A stretch of DNA of 64,000 nt, taken from NCBI GenBank assembly GCA_964626665.1, contig CAZVGK010000013.1:1-64000 (forward strand), read 5' to 3'. The first letter of the stretch is position 1. The number at the start of each line of letters is the position of its first letter. The translations under genes were made by a program, and so were the position numbers. The notes beneath the pieces were generated by a model that ran no database searches, was not told the DNA's origin, and worked only from the letters and a program-made list of their open reading frames with translations. Origin of the DNA: an uncultured Gemmatimonadota bacterium (GTDB taxonomy: Bacteria > SM23-81 > DAOVCL01). This document shows, in pieces, positions 1-10,500 of the stretch.

Positions 1-152
1 AAAATTTAAGTCATAATTTACAACCATTTAGCCTTTTTACTGCGGAAGTCGGCTTTAAGGCGGCGTTAGCTAAGAGGGGAACACCAAGAACGGTTGAACC
101 TCCTTCAGATGAAGAGATGAGTGAGGAAGTTAATTTGATTTTGGAGAAATAG
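1..152 (+). pseudogene. 3' fragment of a small UPF0175-like antitoxin
   Basis: Frame reads ...FKAALAKRGTPRTVEPPSDEEMSEEVNLILEK* and abuts a PIN-like start at 153; family assignment from recalled resemblance only. Confidence 0.3.
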
Positions 153-308
153 GTGAAGATTGTCTTGGATACTGATATCGCCAGTGTATTTGCGAAGGTG
201 GAGAAGATAGATTTTCTATCTCAGCTTTTTGGCAAAAGGGAATTTTGTATAACTCCATCTGCAAATCGAGGAATTACATCTTTGCGGCCATTGATCGAGT
301 GTCGTTAG
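153..308 (+). pseudogene. PIN-domain toxin N-terminal fragment, frameshifted or truncated
   Basis: GTG start, MKIVLDTDIASVFAK...ITP is a typical PIN N-terminus (LDT motif); the frame stops after 51 codons. Confidence 0.45.
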
Positions 309-491
309 ATTTTGCAAATGCTCAAAAAGTCAAGACAATATCTCTTCAAAGGTGATTTTTAAAAACTAATTGGCCAGAAGTTATATGCTCCGCCTGCGGA
401 GTAAAGCACCCCACCCCACGCAGGCTAAGCGCTGTGTGGAATGTGAGTTTACCATAAAGAAATATAATGGGGGAGAAACGAAGCCTGTTTT

Positions 492-560
492 GGTAAATAC
501 TTCTATCGGATAGAGGCTGAGGAGTTCACCCATGTCAGGAAGATGATCCTGCTCAAGTAG
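492..560 (+). pseudogene. Remnant C-terminus of a T9SS/FlgD-type secreted protein
   Basis: GKYFYRIEAEEFTHVRKMILLK* matches the tail of the 62772 gene (GVYFYRL...KKMVILR); in-frame stop just upstream. Confidence 0.55.
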
Positions 561-640
561 AGACGAAAGACGAAAGACGAAAGGCGGAAATCAGAAACTG
601 GAAAATAAGAAAATAGAAAATGTGAGGGAGACGAAAGGGG
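559..640 (+). repeat. Degenerate heptamer tandem array (AGACGAA x3, then GAAAATA-like units)
   Basis: 7-bp periodicity visible directly in the sequence. Confidence 0.65.
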
Positions 641-971
641 GATTGTAGATCGTGATCGACCTCTGTCAGGGCAAGAGCCCTGACAGCACTGATGAAAAAG
701 GAGAAGCCACCGGGGAATTCTGGTGGCTTCCCCTTTGTGATACCTTTATAAGGAAGATGGTGGCAGAATCGGGGTTCTGCCACTTCACTTTATTTTGTGC
801 CATTCGTGTTTAGGCCTTGTTCTGTGAAAGGGGAGGAGACTATTTTGGATGCCCCGCTCTGTAGGCAGGGAGGTTTACTGATTTCCTTTTTGGAGAGCAA
901 ATTACCCCTCAAGAATTCCACCGAATATGATAACCTTGCGGGGTTCTTAGTCAATTCCCCCAACATTTGGC

Positions 972-1000
972 TTGACACCGCGGTTAAGGGAGACTATGTT
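972..1000 (+). promoter_or_regulatory. Sigma70-like promoter
   Basis: TTGACA-17 bp-TATGTT upstream of RBS AGGAGG and ATG 1032. Confidence 0.55.
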
Positions 1001-1031
1001 AAAGAGTCATTAAAAGACAAAAGGAGGAGAG

Positions 1032-3026
1032 ATGAAGCTTAAACGCTTGCTTTTCATTTTAGTTGGCCTATCCTTGGTAATCTGGGGGTGCGTGGGAAAA
1101 CCACCTCAGAAACCAATATTCAAGTATCCCCTCCAGGCTGAGGCCTCATCTCAACTGCTCAAGCTTATCCAGGAAGTGGAGACCTCTGCTGACCACCCAA
1201 ATGCCAATGCCATCTATATCGCTGACGAGGACTCCACCATCTTTCAGAAATCAGGGCTTTATGAGGCCCATATCCATATCTTGGTGAAGATTCTTAATGA
1301 AAAGGGAAAACAAAATTTTGGAGTGGTAAAGCTAAAATACAACAGATTATACGACTCCTTAGTGGTCACTCAGGCGCGGGTAATAGCCCCCGATAGCTCC
1401 ATCACCAATGTTCCAGACTCCACCATCAAGGACATCACCCAGTCTGGAGATGCCGAGGAGAGCATCTATTGGTCGGGTAGCCGGGAGAAGGTAATCACCT
1501 TTCCCAACCTGACGGTGGGCTCAGTAGTTGAATACAGGGCCTGCTATCTGGCCAAGCAGCCAGCCATTAAGGGGGTCTTCGACTGGGGCAACTGGTTCCA
1601 AGGGAAAGATCCCAAGTTGCTGGTTAAGGAGACGCTCATTGGGCCGAAGGATGTGCCACTTCACTGGTTTTGCACGGAAAATGAGGATGACAAAATTAGA
1701 TTCTCTCAGAAGAAAGGGGGGGACCAAATTATCTACCAATGGGTGGCTGAGGATGTTTCCCAGATAGTGGAAGAGCCGGGAATGCCCCCTATGGGAGAAG
1801 TGGCCAGGAGACTTCTGGTGACTACCAACACCTGGAAGAAGACCTCCCGGGATTCTTACAAGCTCTCTGAGCCCATGCTTAAAACCGATAGGGCGGTAAA
1901 GGAAAAGGTGGCTGAACTCACCAAAGGTCTGGAAACCGACGAGGAGAAGATCAAAGCCATCTATTATTGGGTGGCTCAGCAGATAAGATATGTGGGCCTC
2001 TCCTTTGGCAAAAAGGAGGGGCAACAGCCCCATCCCGTGGTTATGACCTTTAAGAATGGACAGGGGGTCTGTAAGGATAAATCTGCCCTTTTAGTGGCCA
2101 TGCTCCGGGAGGCAGGATTAGATGCCTACTATGTCCTCACCAATCCGGCGACCAGGGTTGTCCCCCAGGTGGCCACTGATCAGTTCAACCACGCCATAGC
2201 TGCGGTGAGGAAGGGGGATGGGATTTATTCCTATTTGGATCCCACCGATGACCTCTGCCGGGATTTCCTTCCTGCTTATGAACAGGATAAGGGTGTTTTG
2301 GTTTCAACCAAAGAGGGGACAGATATAGACTTCACCCCCATCCTGTCACCCCAGAGGAATATGGGTAGGATAGTGGCCAGATCAGAGATAAACGAAGAGG
2401 GAGATTTGAGATCTCGGGTGACAATTACGGGAAACGGTTTCTACGATGAGATTCTCCGCTCCACTATGAGGAGGAAGTCTCCTCAGGAGAGGAAGATTTA
2501 CTGGCAAGAGAAGCTCCAGGGGATATTCCCTGGAGCTAATCTCCTTAAATTCTCCGTCTCCCCTCAGCCGGTTACTGATCTTTACCAGCCGATAGAGATT
2601 AAGTTGCAGTATGAAGCCAAAGGCTATGGCTACCATGCCGGGGATTTCTTCGTTTTCTCCTCTCCCCTCTCCTCGGGGAAGCTGGCTATCCTCTCCCATT
2701 ACTTCTTCAGAAATGCCAGGCTTCCCCAGAGAAGGTATCCCCTTGACCTCTGGACGACATTTGGCTCTACAGAGGAGGAGACCCTCTCCTTCCCCTCATC
2801 CTACAGGGTAAGGGCCCTGCCAGATCCGGTGCAGGTGGCTCATCCTAAACTCTCCTATGGGATGTCCTATATTGAAGAGGAGAGTAGGGTTGTTTATCGC
2901 AAGGAACTCCTGATAGGTGAGCCGCAGGTTCCGCCCCAGGACTACTCAGTGTTAAGAGATATCCTCAAGGCCTCTTCCCGCTCAGCCCAGGGGTTGGTTG
3001 TGTTGGAGAGGTCTCCCAAAATGTAA
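1032..3026 (+). CDS. DUF3857 + transglutaminase-like domain lipoprotein
   Basis: Lipobox-like LVIWGC; GVCKDKS, FNH and YLD give an intact Cys-His-Asp triad; DUF3857-type N-terminal region. Confidence 0.85.
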   Translation: MKLKRLLFILVGLSLVIWGCVGKPPQKPIFKYPLQAEASSQLLKLIQEVETSADHPNANAIYIADEDSTIFQKSGLYEAHIHILVKILNEKGKQNFGVVKLKYNRLYDSLVVTQARVIAPDSSITNVPDSTIKDITQSGDAEESIYWSGSREKVITFPNLTVGSVVEYRACYLAKQPAIKGVFDWGNWFQGKDPKLLVKETLIGPKDVPLHWFCTENEDDKIRFSQKKGGDQIIYQWVAEDVSQIVEEPGMPPMGEVARRLLVTTNTWKKTSRDSYKLSEPMLKTDRAVKEKVAELTKGLETDEEKIKAIYYWVAQQIRYVGLSFGKKEGQQPHPVVMTFKNGQGVCKDKSALLVAMLREAGLDAYYVLTNPATRVVPQVATDQFNHAIAAVRKGDGIYSYLDPTDDLCRDFLPAYEQDKGVLVSTKEGTDIDFTPILSPQRNMGRIVARSEINEEGDLRSRVTITGNGFYDEILRSTMRRKSPQERKIYWQEKLQGIFPGANLLKFSVSPQPVTDLYQPIEIKLQYEAKGYGYHAGDFFVFSSPLSSGKLAILSHYFFRNARLPQRRYPLDLWTTFGSTEEETLSFPSSYRVRALPDPVQVAHPKLSYGMSYIEEESRVVYRKELLIGEPQVPPQDYSVLRDILKASSRSAQGLVVLERSPKM

Positions 3027-3029
3027 GAG

Positions 3030-4952
3030 ATGGAGGGGAAGATGACTAAGAGAAAGTGGGTTTTTGGCGTATTTCTGGCCCTTTGCCTCCCCTTCTGGGC
3101 TCAGGCCCAGGAAGTAGAGGGGATAATAAAGAATAGTCCAGGGGCCAAGCAATATCCTAATGCCGGGGCCCTGGTTCTGCTTCACCAGAAAGACCTGCTG
3201 GTTGGTGAGGAGGGCAATTATGAGATCAAGGAACACCTGGTAGTAAAGATTTTTAATGACCGGGGGAAGAGAGAGTACGGGGATATAAAGAGGAGGTTCG
3301 ACCGAAGATGGGAGAAGATAACTGTGCAGGGGGCACGCACGATTAAGGGGGATGGCACCCAGATTGAGGTCCCCGCCAACGCCAAGAACATAATCAATCC
3401 CCCAGAACTTTCTGACGCTACCATCTATGCCAATGTGAGGCAATTGGTTGTCTCCTTCCCCGGGCTGGAGAAGAACTCCATCATCGATTATCAGTTCAGG
3501 CTAAAGAGCGAAAGGCCCGTAAGGGATAGGTTCTTCTGGGGGAGCGAACTCTTCGGGGGAGAGGAGCCTATTTTAAAAAAGGAGTTCAGCATCTCCCTTC
3601 CTCAGGGGAAGGAATTCAAGTATAAACTGCTCAACGGCCTTCCCCAGCCACAGGTGGAGAGATCAGGGGGGAGGGTGAAATACATCTGGAGGGTCTCCAA
3701 CTCCCCTCAGATAACCCCGGAGCCCGCGATGCCCCCCCTAACTCAGGTTGTTCCGCGGCTTCTCTATTCCTCCTTTGACTCCTGGGAGGATGTAGGCAAA
3801 TGGTTGGGGGGGAAGTTCTTCCCCCAGGTAGAGGTGGGAAGAGGAGTGGGGGCCAAGGCTTCAGATCTCTGCAAGGGGCTGAGTTCAGATGAGGAGAAAA
3901 TTAAGAAAATCTTCCTCTGGTTAGCTACCCAGGTGAGAAATGTAAAGCTCAGGTTGGGGGATGGGGGATATACGCCTCATCGAGCCCCCCTGGTCCTCCA
4001 TAACAGATACGGTGACCCCAGGGACAAGGGTATCCTCCTGATCAGCCTCTTAAGGGCAGAGGGTATTGAGGCCTGGCCTGTTTTGGTCAACAACTCCAAC
4101 CAGAAGGTGGTTGAGGGGATCCCCTCCCCGGGTCAGTTTGATGGGCTGCTTATAGCCGTTAACCGACCGGGGAGGACCATCTAGCTGGATCCATTTGCCC
4201 GAAACTGCTCCTATGGCTACCTGCCCTTTGGAAACGGTCAGAGGTGTCTTTTGGTAAAAGGTGATGGGGGCCTCTTAACCAAAATGGAATCCTCATCAGC
4301 CGGGGAGAATCAGGTTGTGAGAAGGCTACAGGTCCTCCTCGGGAAGGATGGCTCTGCTTCCGGGGAACTGCAGCTTCTGCCCTCAGGCTATTTCGATTTG
4401 AGAACCAGGGAGAAACTTAAGGATCTCACCCCGCAACTGCAGAAGATGCTATTTCAGCAGGCGGCCAACCGCCTCTCCGAGGGGACAGTGCTCAGGGGAT
4501 ACTATCTTTCCAGGTTAGATGACCTTACCCAGCTTGATACCTTGAGTTTTACCTTCCGAGCCCCCCAATATGGGGTTAAGGAAGGGGATTTAATGTTGGT
4601 GAGGGTTCCCCCCAACCCCTTCCCTTTCGCCGATATTCCGGTTTCCCCCAAGCTTTCCGCACGCAAATACCCGCTTATCTCCCCTAAGCCTCTGGCCTTG
4701 AGGGTGGAAGGGACCATAACCATCCCGCGGGGTTACAAGGTCGATTACCTCCCGCCAAAGAAATTGGAGAAAAATAGCCTGGGCTCTTTCAGTCAGAGTT
4801 TCCAGGAGGTGAATGGGAAGGTTAGCTTCCGCTGCACGCTGCAATTGGAGAGGAGGGAGATCCCCTCTGAAGAATACCCCCAGTTTAAAGAGCTCTATGA
4901 GGGGTTCACCCACCCTCAGAACAATCTCCTCATTTTGGAGGAAAGCAGATAG
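3030..4952 (+). pseudogene. DUF3857/transglutaminase-like paralogue interrupted by one in-frame TAG (4182-4184)
   Basis: ORFs 3030-4184 and 4251-4952 are in the same frame; read-through gives GRTI*LDPFARNCSYGYLP, matching YSYLDPT of the neighbour. Confidence 0.8.
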
Positions 4953-4972
4953 GGGGTGGATTTTCTTGCCCC

Positions 4973-5047
4973 AGTTACTAAGTCAAAATTCCCGGTAGCC
5001 GCAGACTTCAGTCTGCGTTCTATCGCGACTGCGAGGTAGCGGCTATC
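4973..5047. repeat. GTAG-type REP palindrome; inverted copy at 13115-13187
   Basis: GTAGCCGCAGACTTCAGTCTGCG...GCGGCTA; the flank AGTCAAAAT is shared in inverted orientation with the 13.1 kb copy. Confidence 0.7.
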
Positions 5048-5062
5048 ATTGCAGTATATAGT

Positions 5063-5200
5063 TCCCTCTCCCTTGAAGGGAGAGGGTCATGGTGAGAGGG
5101 GAACCGAAAAAATCTTCACCCTCTCCTTAGTCCTCCCCCATCAAGGGGGAGGAAGGTGTTTTGGATGCCCTGCTTTGTGGGGAGGGAGATTCACTGGAGG
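5063..5200. repeat. CCCTCTCCC/GGGAGAGGG-type palindromic repeat cluster
   Basis: Paired hairpins; the tail TTTTGGATGCCC...GGGAG resembles 845-880. Confidence 0.55.
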
Positions 5201-5336
5201 GTGAGGTCTTTGGTCTTCTTCGAGGGAGGCTTCATGAGGGCAGGAGGCATGGTAGCAGAAAAGTCCCGCAGATCTGCGTTCTATAAAGTCCGCCCCGAGG
5301 GTGTGCTAAACTCATAGATCGGTTAGATGAGACAAA

Positions 5337-6269
5337 ATGGATATCGTAGATAAGTTGCTTAAAGGGGACAAGGTCTCCCTGGCCCGGGCCATCAGCAAGG
5401 TGGAGAATGGCGAGGGCTCCCCTATCTTAGAGGCTCTCTTCCCTTATGCCGGCCAGGCCTATTACATCGGTATAACTGGGCCGCCTGGGGCGGGCAAATC
5501 GACGCTTGTGGACAGGCTTACCAATCAATTGGTTGATGGGGGGAAAAGGGTGGGAGTTATTGCTGTTGATCCCACATCCCCCTTCTCCGGGGGGGCCCTC
5601 TTAGGGGATAGGATCAGGATGTCCACCCTTAGCGGGAGGGATGGCGTATTCATCAGGAGCATGGCCTCCCGGGGGAGCCTGGGAGGGCTGGCCCGGGCCA
5701 CAAAGGATGTGGCGCTTTGTCTGGATGCCTTTGGGATGGATTACATAATTGTGGAGACTGTGGGGGTGGGCCAGGTGGAACTGGAGATTGCCGAGGTTTG
5801 CGACACCACCATAGTGGTCCTTGTCCCGGAGTCCGGAGATGCCATCCAGGTCATGAAGGCAGGGCTGCTGGAGATTGCGGACATAATTGTGGTGAACAAG
5901 GCCGATAGAGAGGGTGCTGACCGGATGGTCACCGAACTCCAGTTTACCTCTGAATTTCGCTGCCGGAAGAGAAAATGGGGATACCCCATATTGCAAACTA
6001 TAGCCACGCAAAACAAGGGGATAGATGAGCTAAACTCCACAATTGATTCTCATAGGGATTACTTAGGGTCAAGTGGTGGCTTAGAGAGCGAGCGCAAAGA
6101 GAAGATAAAGATGAGGATAATAGAGCTGATAGCCAACAAGATCAAGGAGAGGGTCAAGAACAATGTGCTTGAAGAGGGAAAACTGGAGGAAACTGTAGAA
6201 GGGGTTTACACCAAGGAGCTAAACCTGTTTAGGGTAGCAGATGAACTGGTAAAAAAGGTCATTGGCTGA
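5337..6269 (+). CDS. meaB: Methylmalonyl-CoA mutase-associated GTPase MeaB
   Basis: GITGPPGAGKST, AVDPTSPFSGGALLGDRIRM, ETVGVGQ, NKAD. Confidence 0.95.
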   Translation: MDIVDKLLKGDKVSLARAISKVENGEGSPILEALFPYAGQAYYIGITGPPGAGKSTLVDRLTNQLVDGGKRVGVIAVDPTSPFSGGALLGDRIRMSTLSGRDGVFIRSMASRGSLGGLARATKDVALCLDAFGMDYIIVETVGVGQVELEIAEVCDTTIVVLVPESGDAIQVMKAGLLEIADIIVVNKADREGADRMVTELQFTSEFRCRKRKWGYPILQTIATQNKGIDELNSTIDSHRDYLGSSGGLESERKEKIKMRIIELIANKIKERVKNNVLEEGKLEETVEGVYTKELNLFRVADELVKKVIG

Positions 6270-6305
6270 TTATGAATGGCTCGGGGCGAGCAATCGAGTG
6301 CTTCC

Positions 6306-7526
6306 TTACAGCGCCTCGGCTAATAGTTCACTGACATCCATCACCTGCAGGTCAAGGTTCATCGTTTTAACGCTATCCTCGAACATCTGTAGGCAGTAAG
6401 GACAGGCCACAGCCAGGACCTCGGCTCCGGTATCCAGTGCTTGCTGGACCCTTATATCGGCCATCCTCTCCCCTTTGGGCCAATCCAGCCACAACCCCCC
6501 ACTCCCCCCACCACAGCAGAAGGCAAACTGCCGGGAAAAGTTCTTTATCTCCATCAATTCCAACCCAGGGATGCTGCAGAGAATACCCCGCGGTTCCTCA
6601 TAGATGCCATTTTGCCGCCCTAAAGTGCAAGGATCGTGATAGACAACTTTTATTGGGTCGTTGGGTCGTTGAGTCGTTGAGTCGTTGGGTCCCTCCAGTT
6701 CTTTGAGTTTATTGGGTTTGAGGCTGCCTTCCTTTATAAGTTGGTAAAAGAGCTGGGTTGTGTGGAGGACTTCAAAATCCCCCCCCAGTTCCGGATATTC
6801 GTTCTTGAATGTGGTATAACAATGTGGAGAGGTAACTACTATTTTCTCTACACCTGCATTTTTAAATGCAGTAATGTTAGATTGGGCTGCCTCTTGAAAT
6901 ATCTTCTCGGCCCCCGCCCTTCTGATAGCCTCTCCGCAACACCATTCCTTTTCCCCTAATATCCCAAAGGAGACTCCCGCTTTTCTTAGGATCTTGGCCA
7001 CAGAGATAGCCACTTTGCGCAGCCGAGGGTCATAGGCGGGGAAACAGCCGGGGAAGTAGAGGAACTCCATATCTGGTTGAAAGGGGGGAATTGCCAAATC
7101 CTTGGCCCAATCGGCACGTTTTCCCCGCGGCTCTCCCAGAGGATTTCCCACATTGTGAATCTTAGAGACAACAGGTTTTAGGGTATCGGGGTATGACCCG
7201 TAGTCCACAAGGATCCGGCGCACCGCCCTGAGGATGTTGGGGATATTTACATCCTGGGGACATTGGTCAACGCAGGCCTCACAGCCAACACATCTATATA
7301 CCTCTGTTACCTCCCGGGAAAGCTCCTCCTTATTTTCACTGCTGGCAATTCTCCCCAATTGAGCGGCTAAAGGGAATTTGTAGGTGGGGAAGTTGACCGC
7401 CTCTGTCTGATACCAGGGGCATACGCTGGCGCACTTTCCGCACTGGTAGCACTTATAGATATCTGTAGCCCCTGCCTCTACGATGATATCTCTTAACTCC
7501 CAGATTGGTGTGGTAGTAGTTCCCAT
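6306..7526 (-). CDS. (Fe-S)-binding CCG-domain protein (HdrD/GlpC/FadF-like)
   Basis: Two 4Fe-4S motifs (CYQCGKCASVCP, CVGCEACVDQCP) and two CCG domains (WCCG; YHDPC...CCGGG...ACPYC). Confidence 0.9.
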   Translation of the reverse strand: MGTTTTPIWELRDIIVEAGATDIYKCYQCGKCASVCPWYQTEAVNFPTYKFPLAAQLGRIASSENKEELSREVTEVYRCVGCEACVDQCPQDVNIPNILRAVRRILVDYGSYPDTLKPVVSKIHNVGNPLGEPRGKRADWAKDLAIPPFQPDMEFLYFPGCFPAYDPRLRKVAISVAKILRKAGVSFGILGEKEWCCGEAIRRAGAEKIFQEAAQSNITAFKNAGVEKIVVTSPHCYTTFKNEYPELGGDFEVLHTTQLFYQLIKEGSLKPNKLKELEGPNDSTTQRPNDPIKVVYHDPCTLGRQNGIYEEPRGILCSIPGLELMEIKNFSRQFAFCCGGGSGGLWLDWPKGERMADIRVQQALDTGAEVLAVACPYCLQMFEDSVKTMNLDLQVMDVSELLAEAL

Positions 7527-7531
7527 TGGTT

Positions 7532-10500
7532 TTAAAAAGCCGCTTCAACCATCTTAGAGAGTTGTAGGTCGTTCAGGTTTCTCTGCTGAGCAGCTCCCGA
7601 TGGACAGACGGCCACGCAAGCTCCACAACCCTCGCACAAGGCCTCGTTTACCGTCGCCACCCTTTTTCCGCCCTTCACCCTTATCTCCCTTGCTCCATAG
7701 GGACAGACTGATATACAAAGCTCACAGCCACTGCAGATATCTTCGTCAACGGTCGTCACTATCGGTTCGTGCTGCAGTTCCTCCTGGGAAAAGATATCCA
7801 ACACCTTAGATGCTGCTGCCGATCCCTGGGTAACGGAATCCGGTATATCCTTCTGGGCCTGGGCACAGCCGGCAAAGAAAATCCCGGGGACAAGGGATTC
7901 AACCGGCCTGAGCTTGGGGTGGGCTTCGGAGAGAAATCCATAAGGGTTTGTTTGGATCTTTAGCTTCCTGGCCAGTTCAACCACCCCTGAAGAGGGAACT
8001 ATGGCCATAGAGAGAACAACCAGATCGACCTTAACCTGAATCTCCTCACCAGTGAGGGTGTTTACGCTCCACACCACAAGATCATCTCCATCCTTGAGTA
8101 TCCTCGATGGTTTCCCCCTGATATAGAGCACCTTACCCTCTTCCCTTGCTCTCATTAAAAACTCCTCATAGTCCTTACCGGCAGCCCTTGTATCGATATA
8201 GAAGACGACTGCCTCCCCGTCAGGGACATGGTGCTTGTATAAAAGGGCATGCTTTGCCGTATACATACAGCATATCTTTGAACAGTAAGGAAGATGATGC
8301 TTTGGGTCCCGGGAGCCGGAACAGGCGACGAAAGCCACCCTCTTGGGGACCTGACCATCTGAAGGCCTCTTCACCTCACCTTGAGTTGGCCCGGAGGCGG
8401 AGAGGAGCCTCTCAAACTGCAGTCCATTGATCACATCTTTATACTCTCCCCCCCCGTATTCTGTCATCTTCTCCACCGGGTATAATTCGTATCCGGTGGC
8501 CACCACAATGGCTCCCACCTCTTCCTCCAGGATTTCATCCTCCTGGCCGTGGTTTATGGCTTCCGCCTTACAGGCCTGCACGCATTCCAAACATTCAGCA
8601 CATCCTCCACAGTTAAGGCATCTCTCCGCTTCCTTTTTCGCCTGTTCCTCGGTCAATCCCAATTCTACCTCGGCAAATCCCTTGAGGGACTCAGAGACCT
8701 CCAGGAATCTCCCCTCTTCCCTTTTCTGCTGGGGTATACCCTTTGTCCAGATAGAACGGGGGTCCACCTTTTTTACCACCTTTCCCCTCCCCTCCTGGAG
8801 ATCAACCCCTTGGATGTATCTATCTATGGAGACTGCCGCCCTCTTCCCCTGGGCGATCGCCTCTATTACGGTGGCTGGCCCGGTGACCGCATCACCACCG
8901 GCAAATATGCCGGGAACGGTGGTCTGCAGGGTACCTTCCTCAACTACCAGGCTGTTCCATCCCTCGGTTAATCTCAGGTTTGTACCCTTTGGTAGATAGG
9001 AGGCATCTGGTGTCTGGCCAATTGTGGGGATTACGGTATCGATACCAATGGTGAATTCTGACCCCTGGATGGGGTGGGGGGATCTCCTCCCTGAGGCGTC
9101 GGGAGCCCCCAGCTTCATCCGGATGCATTCCATCTTGCTGACCTTTCCCCCCTCCCCTATTATCCGTTTAGGGTTTGCCAGATATTCTATCTTCACCCCT
9201 TCTTTCTCTGCCCTTTCTATCTCCTCCTCAATCGCGGGCATCTCTACCCTTGAGCGGCGATAGATGATGGTGACTTTTTTTGCCCCTAACCGCAAGGCGG
9301 TCCTGGCCGCATCAACGGCAGAATTGCCTCCCCCTATTATGGCCACCCTCGCTCCCACCTCAACCTTCTCCCCTAAGTTTATTCTCCTTAAGAATTCTAT
9401 CCCGTAATGAACCCCCGCTAAATCCTCGCCCTCTACTCCTAACTTCCTTTCAATGGGTGCACCTGTGGCAATATAAACCGCATTCCATCCCTCTCTCCTT
9501 AAGCCCTCCGGATCCTGCACCGGGGTATTCGTCCTGATCTCTACTCCCCAACCTTTGATGTAATCTATATCCCTTTGCAGTTCCTCCCTAGGTAATCTAA
9601 ATGCCGGGATCCCCACCCTCATCATCCCCCCAGCCACCGGGAGGGCCTCGAAGACCGTGGTTCTGTACCCTTTTTTGGCCAGTTCGGAGGCGCAGGAAAG
9701 GCCTGATGGCCCTGCGCCGATAATGGCCACCTTGCTTTCCTTTTGCGGAGGAAGCTGAGGGGTTTCCCTTTCCGTTTCCTTATCAGCTATGAACCTCTTT
9801 AGCGCCCTTATAGAGAGGGGTTCATCTACCTGGCCACGGGCACACTCGCCCTCACAGGGGTGGGTGCATACCCGGCCGCATACCGCGGGGAAGGGGTTTG
9901 CCTCCCTCTCCAGGGCGAGGGCTTCCTTGTATTTTCCCAATTTGATGAGATTGATATAGCCGGGGACATTTACTCCCGCCGGACAGGCCAACCTGCAGGG
10001 GGGAAGACCAAATTTGCTTATGGTAAATTTGTTGGGAATGGCTTGGGGGAAAGGTCTATATATTGCCTTACGAGGTATTAAGCCAACATCAAATTGGCTT
10101 CTTATGTCCACTGGGCAGGGTTCTGTGCAATCATCGCATCCGGTGCATTTATCCCAGTCCACGAAGGGGGCCTTTTTTCTGATCTTGACTTTGAAATTGC
10201 CCACATAGCCGGAGACCTCCTCTACCTCTGAGTAGGTATACAGCCTTATCTTTTCATGGTGGCCCACATCCACCATCTTTGGTGTGAGAATGCACTGGGA
10301 ACAGTCCAGGGTGGGAAAGGTCTCCGAGAGCTGCGCCATATGCCCGCCTATGGAGGGTTCCCTTTCCACGAGGATGGTCTCGTATCCGGCATCAGCTATA
10401 TCCAAGGATGCCTGTATGCCGGCTATACCCCCCCCAATCACCAAGGCCCGTCTGGTGATAGGTGTCTTTATGGGGATAAGGGCCTCATCCAGCCTGAGCT

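Noticed and set aside
553-1042. Short ORFs 553-783, 790-978 and 797-1042 (similarly 11924-12106 and 21862-22140)
   Set aside because: They are translations of repeats, hairpins or promoter DNA with no recognisable protein features.
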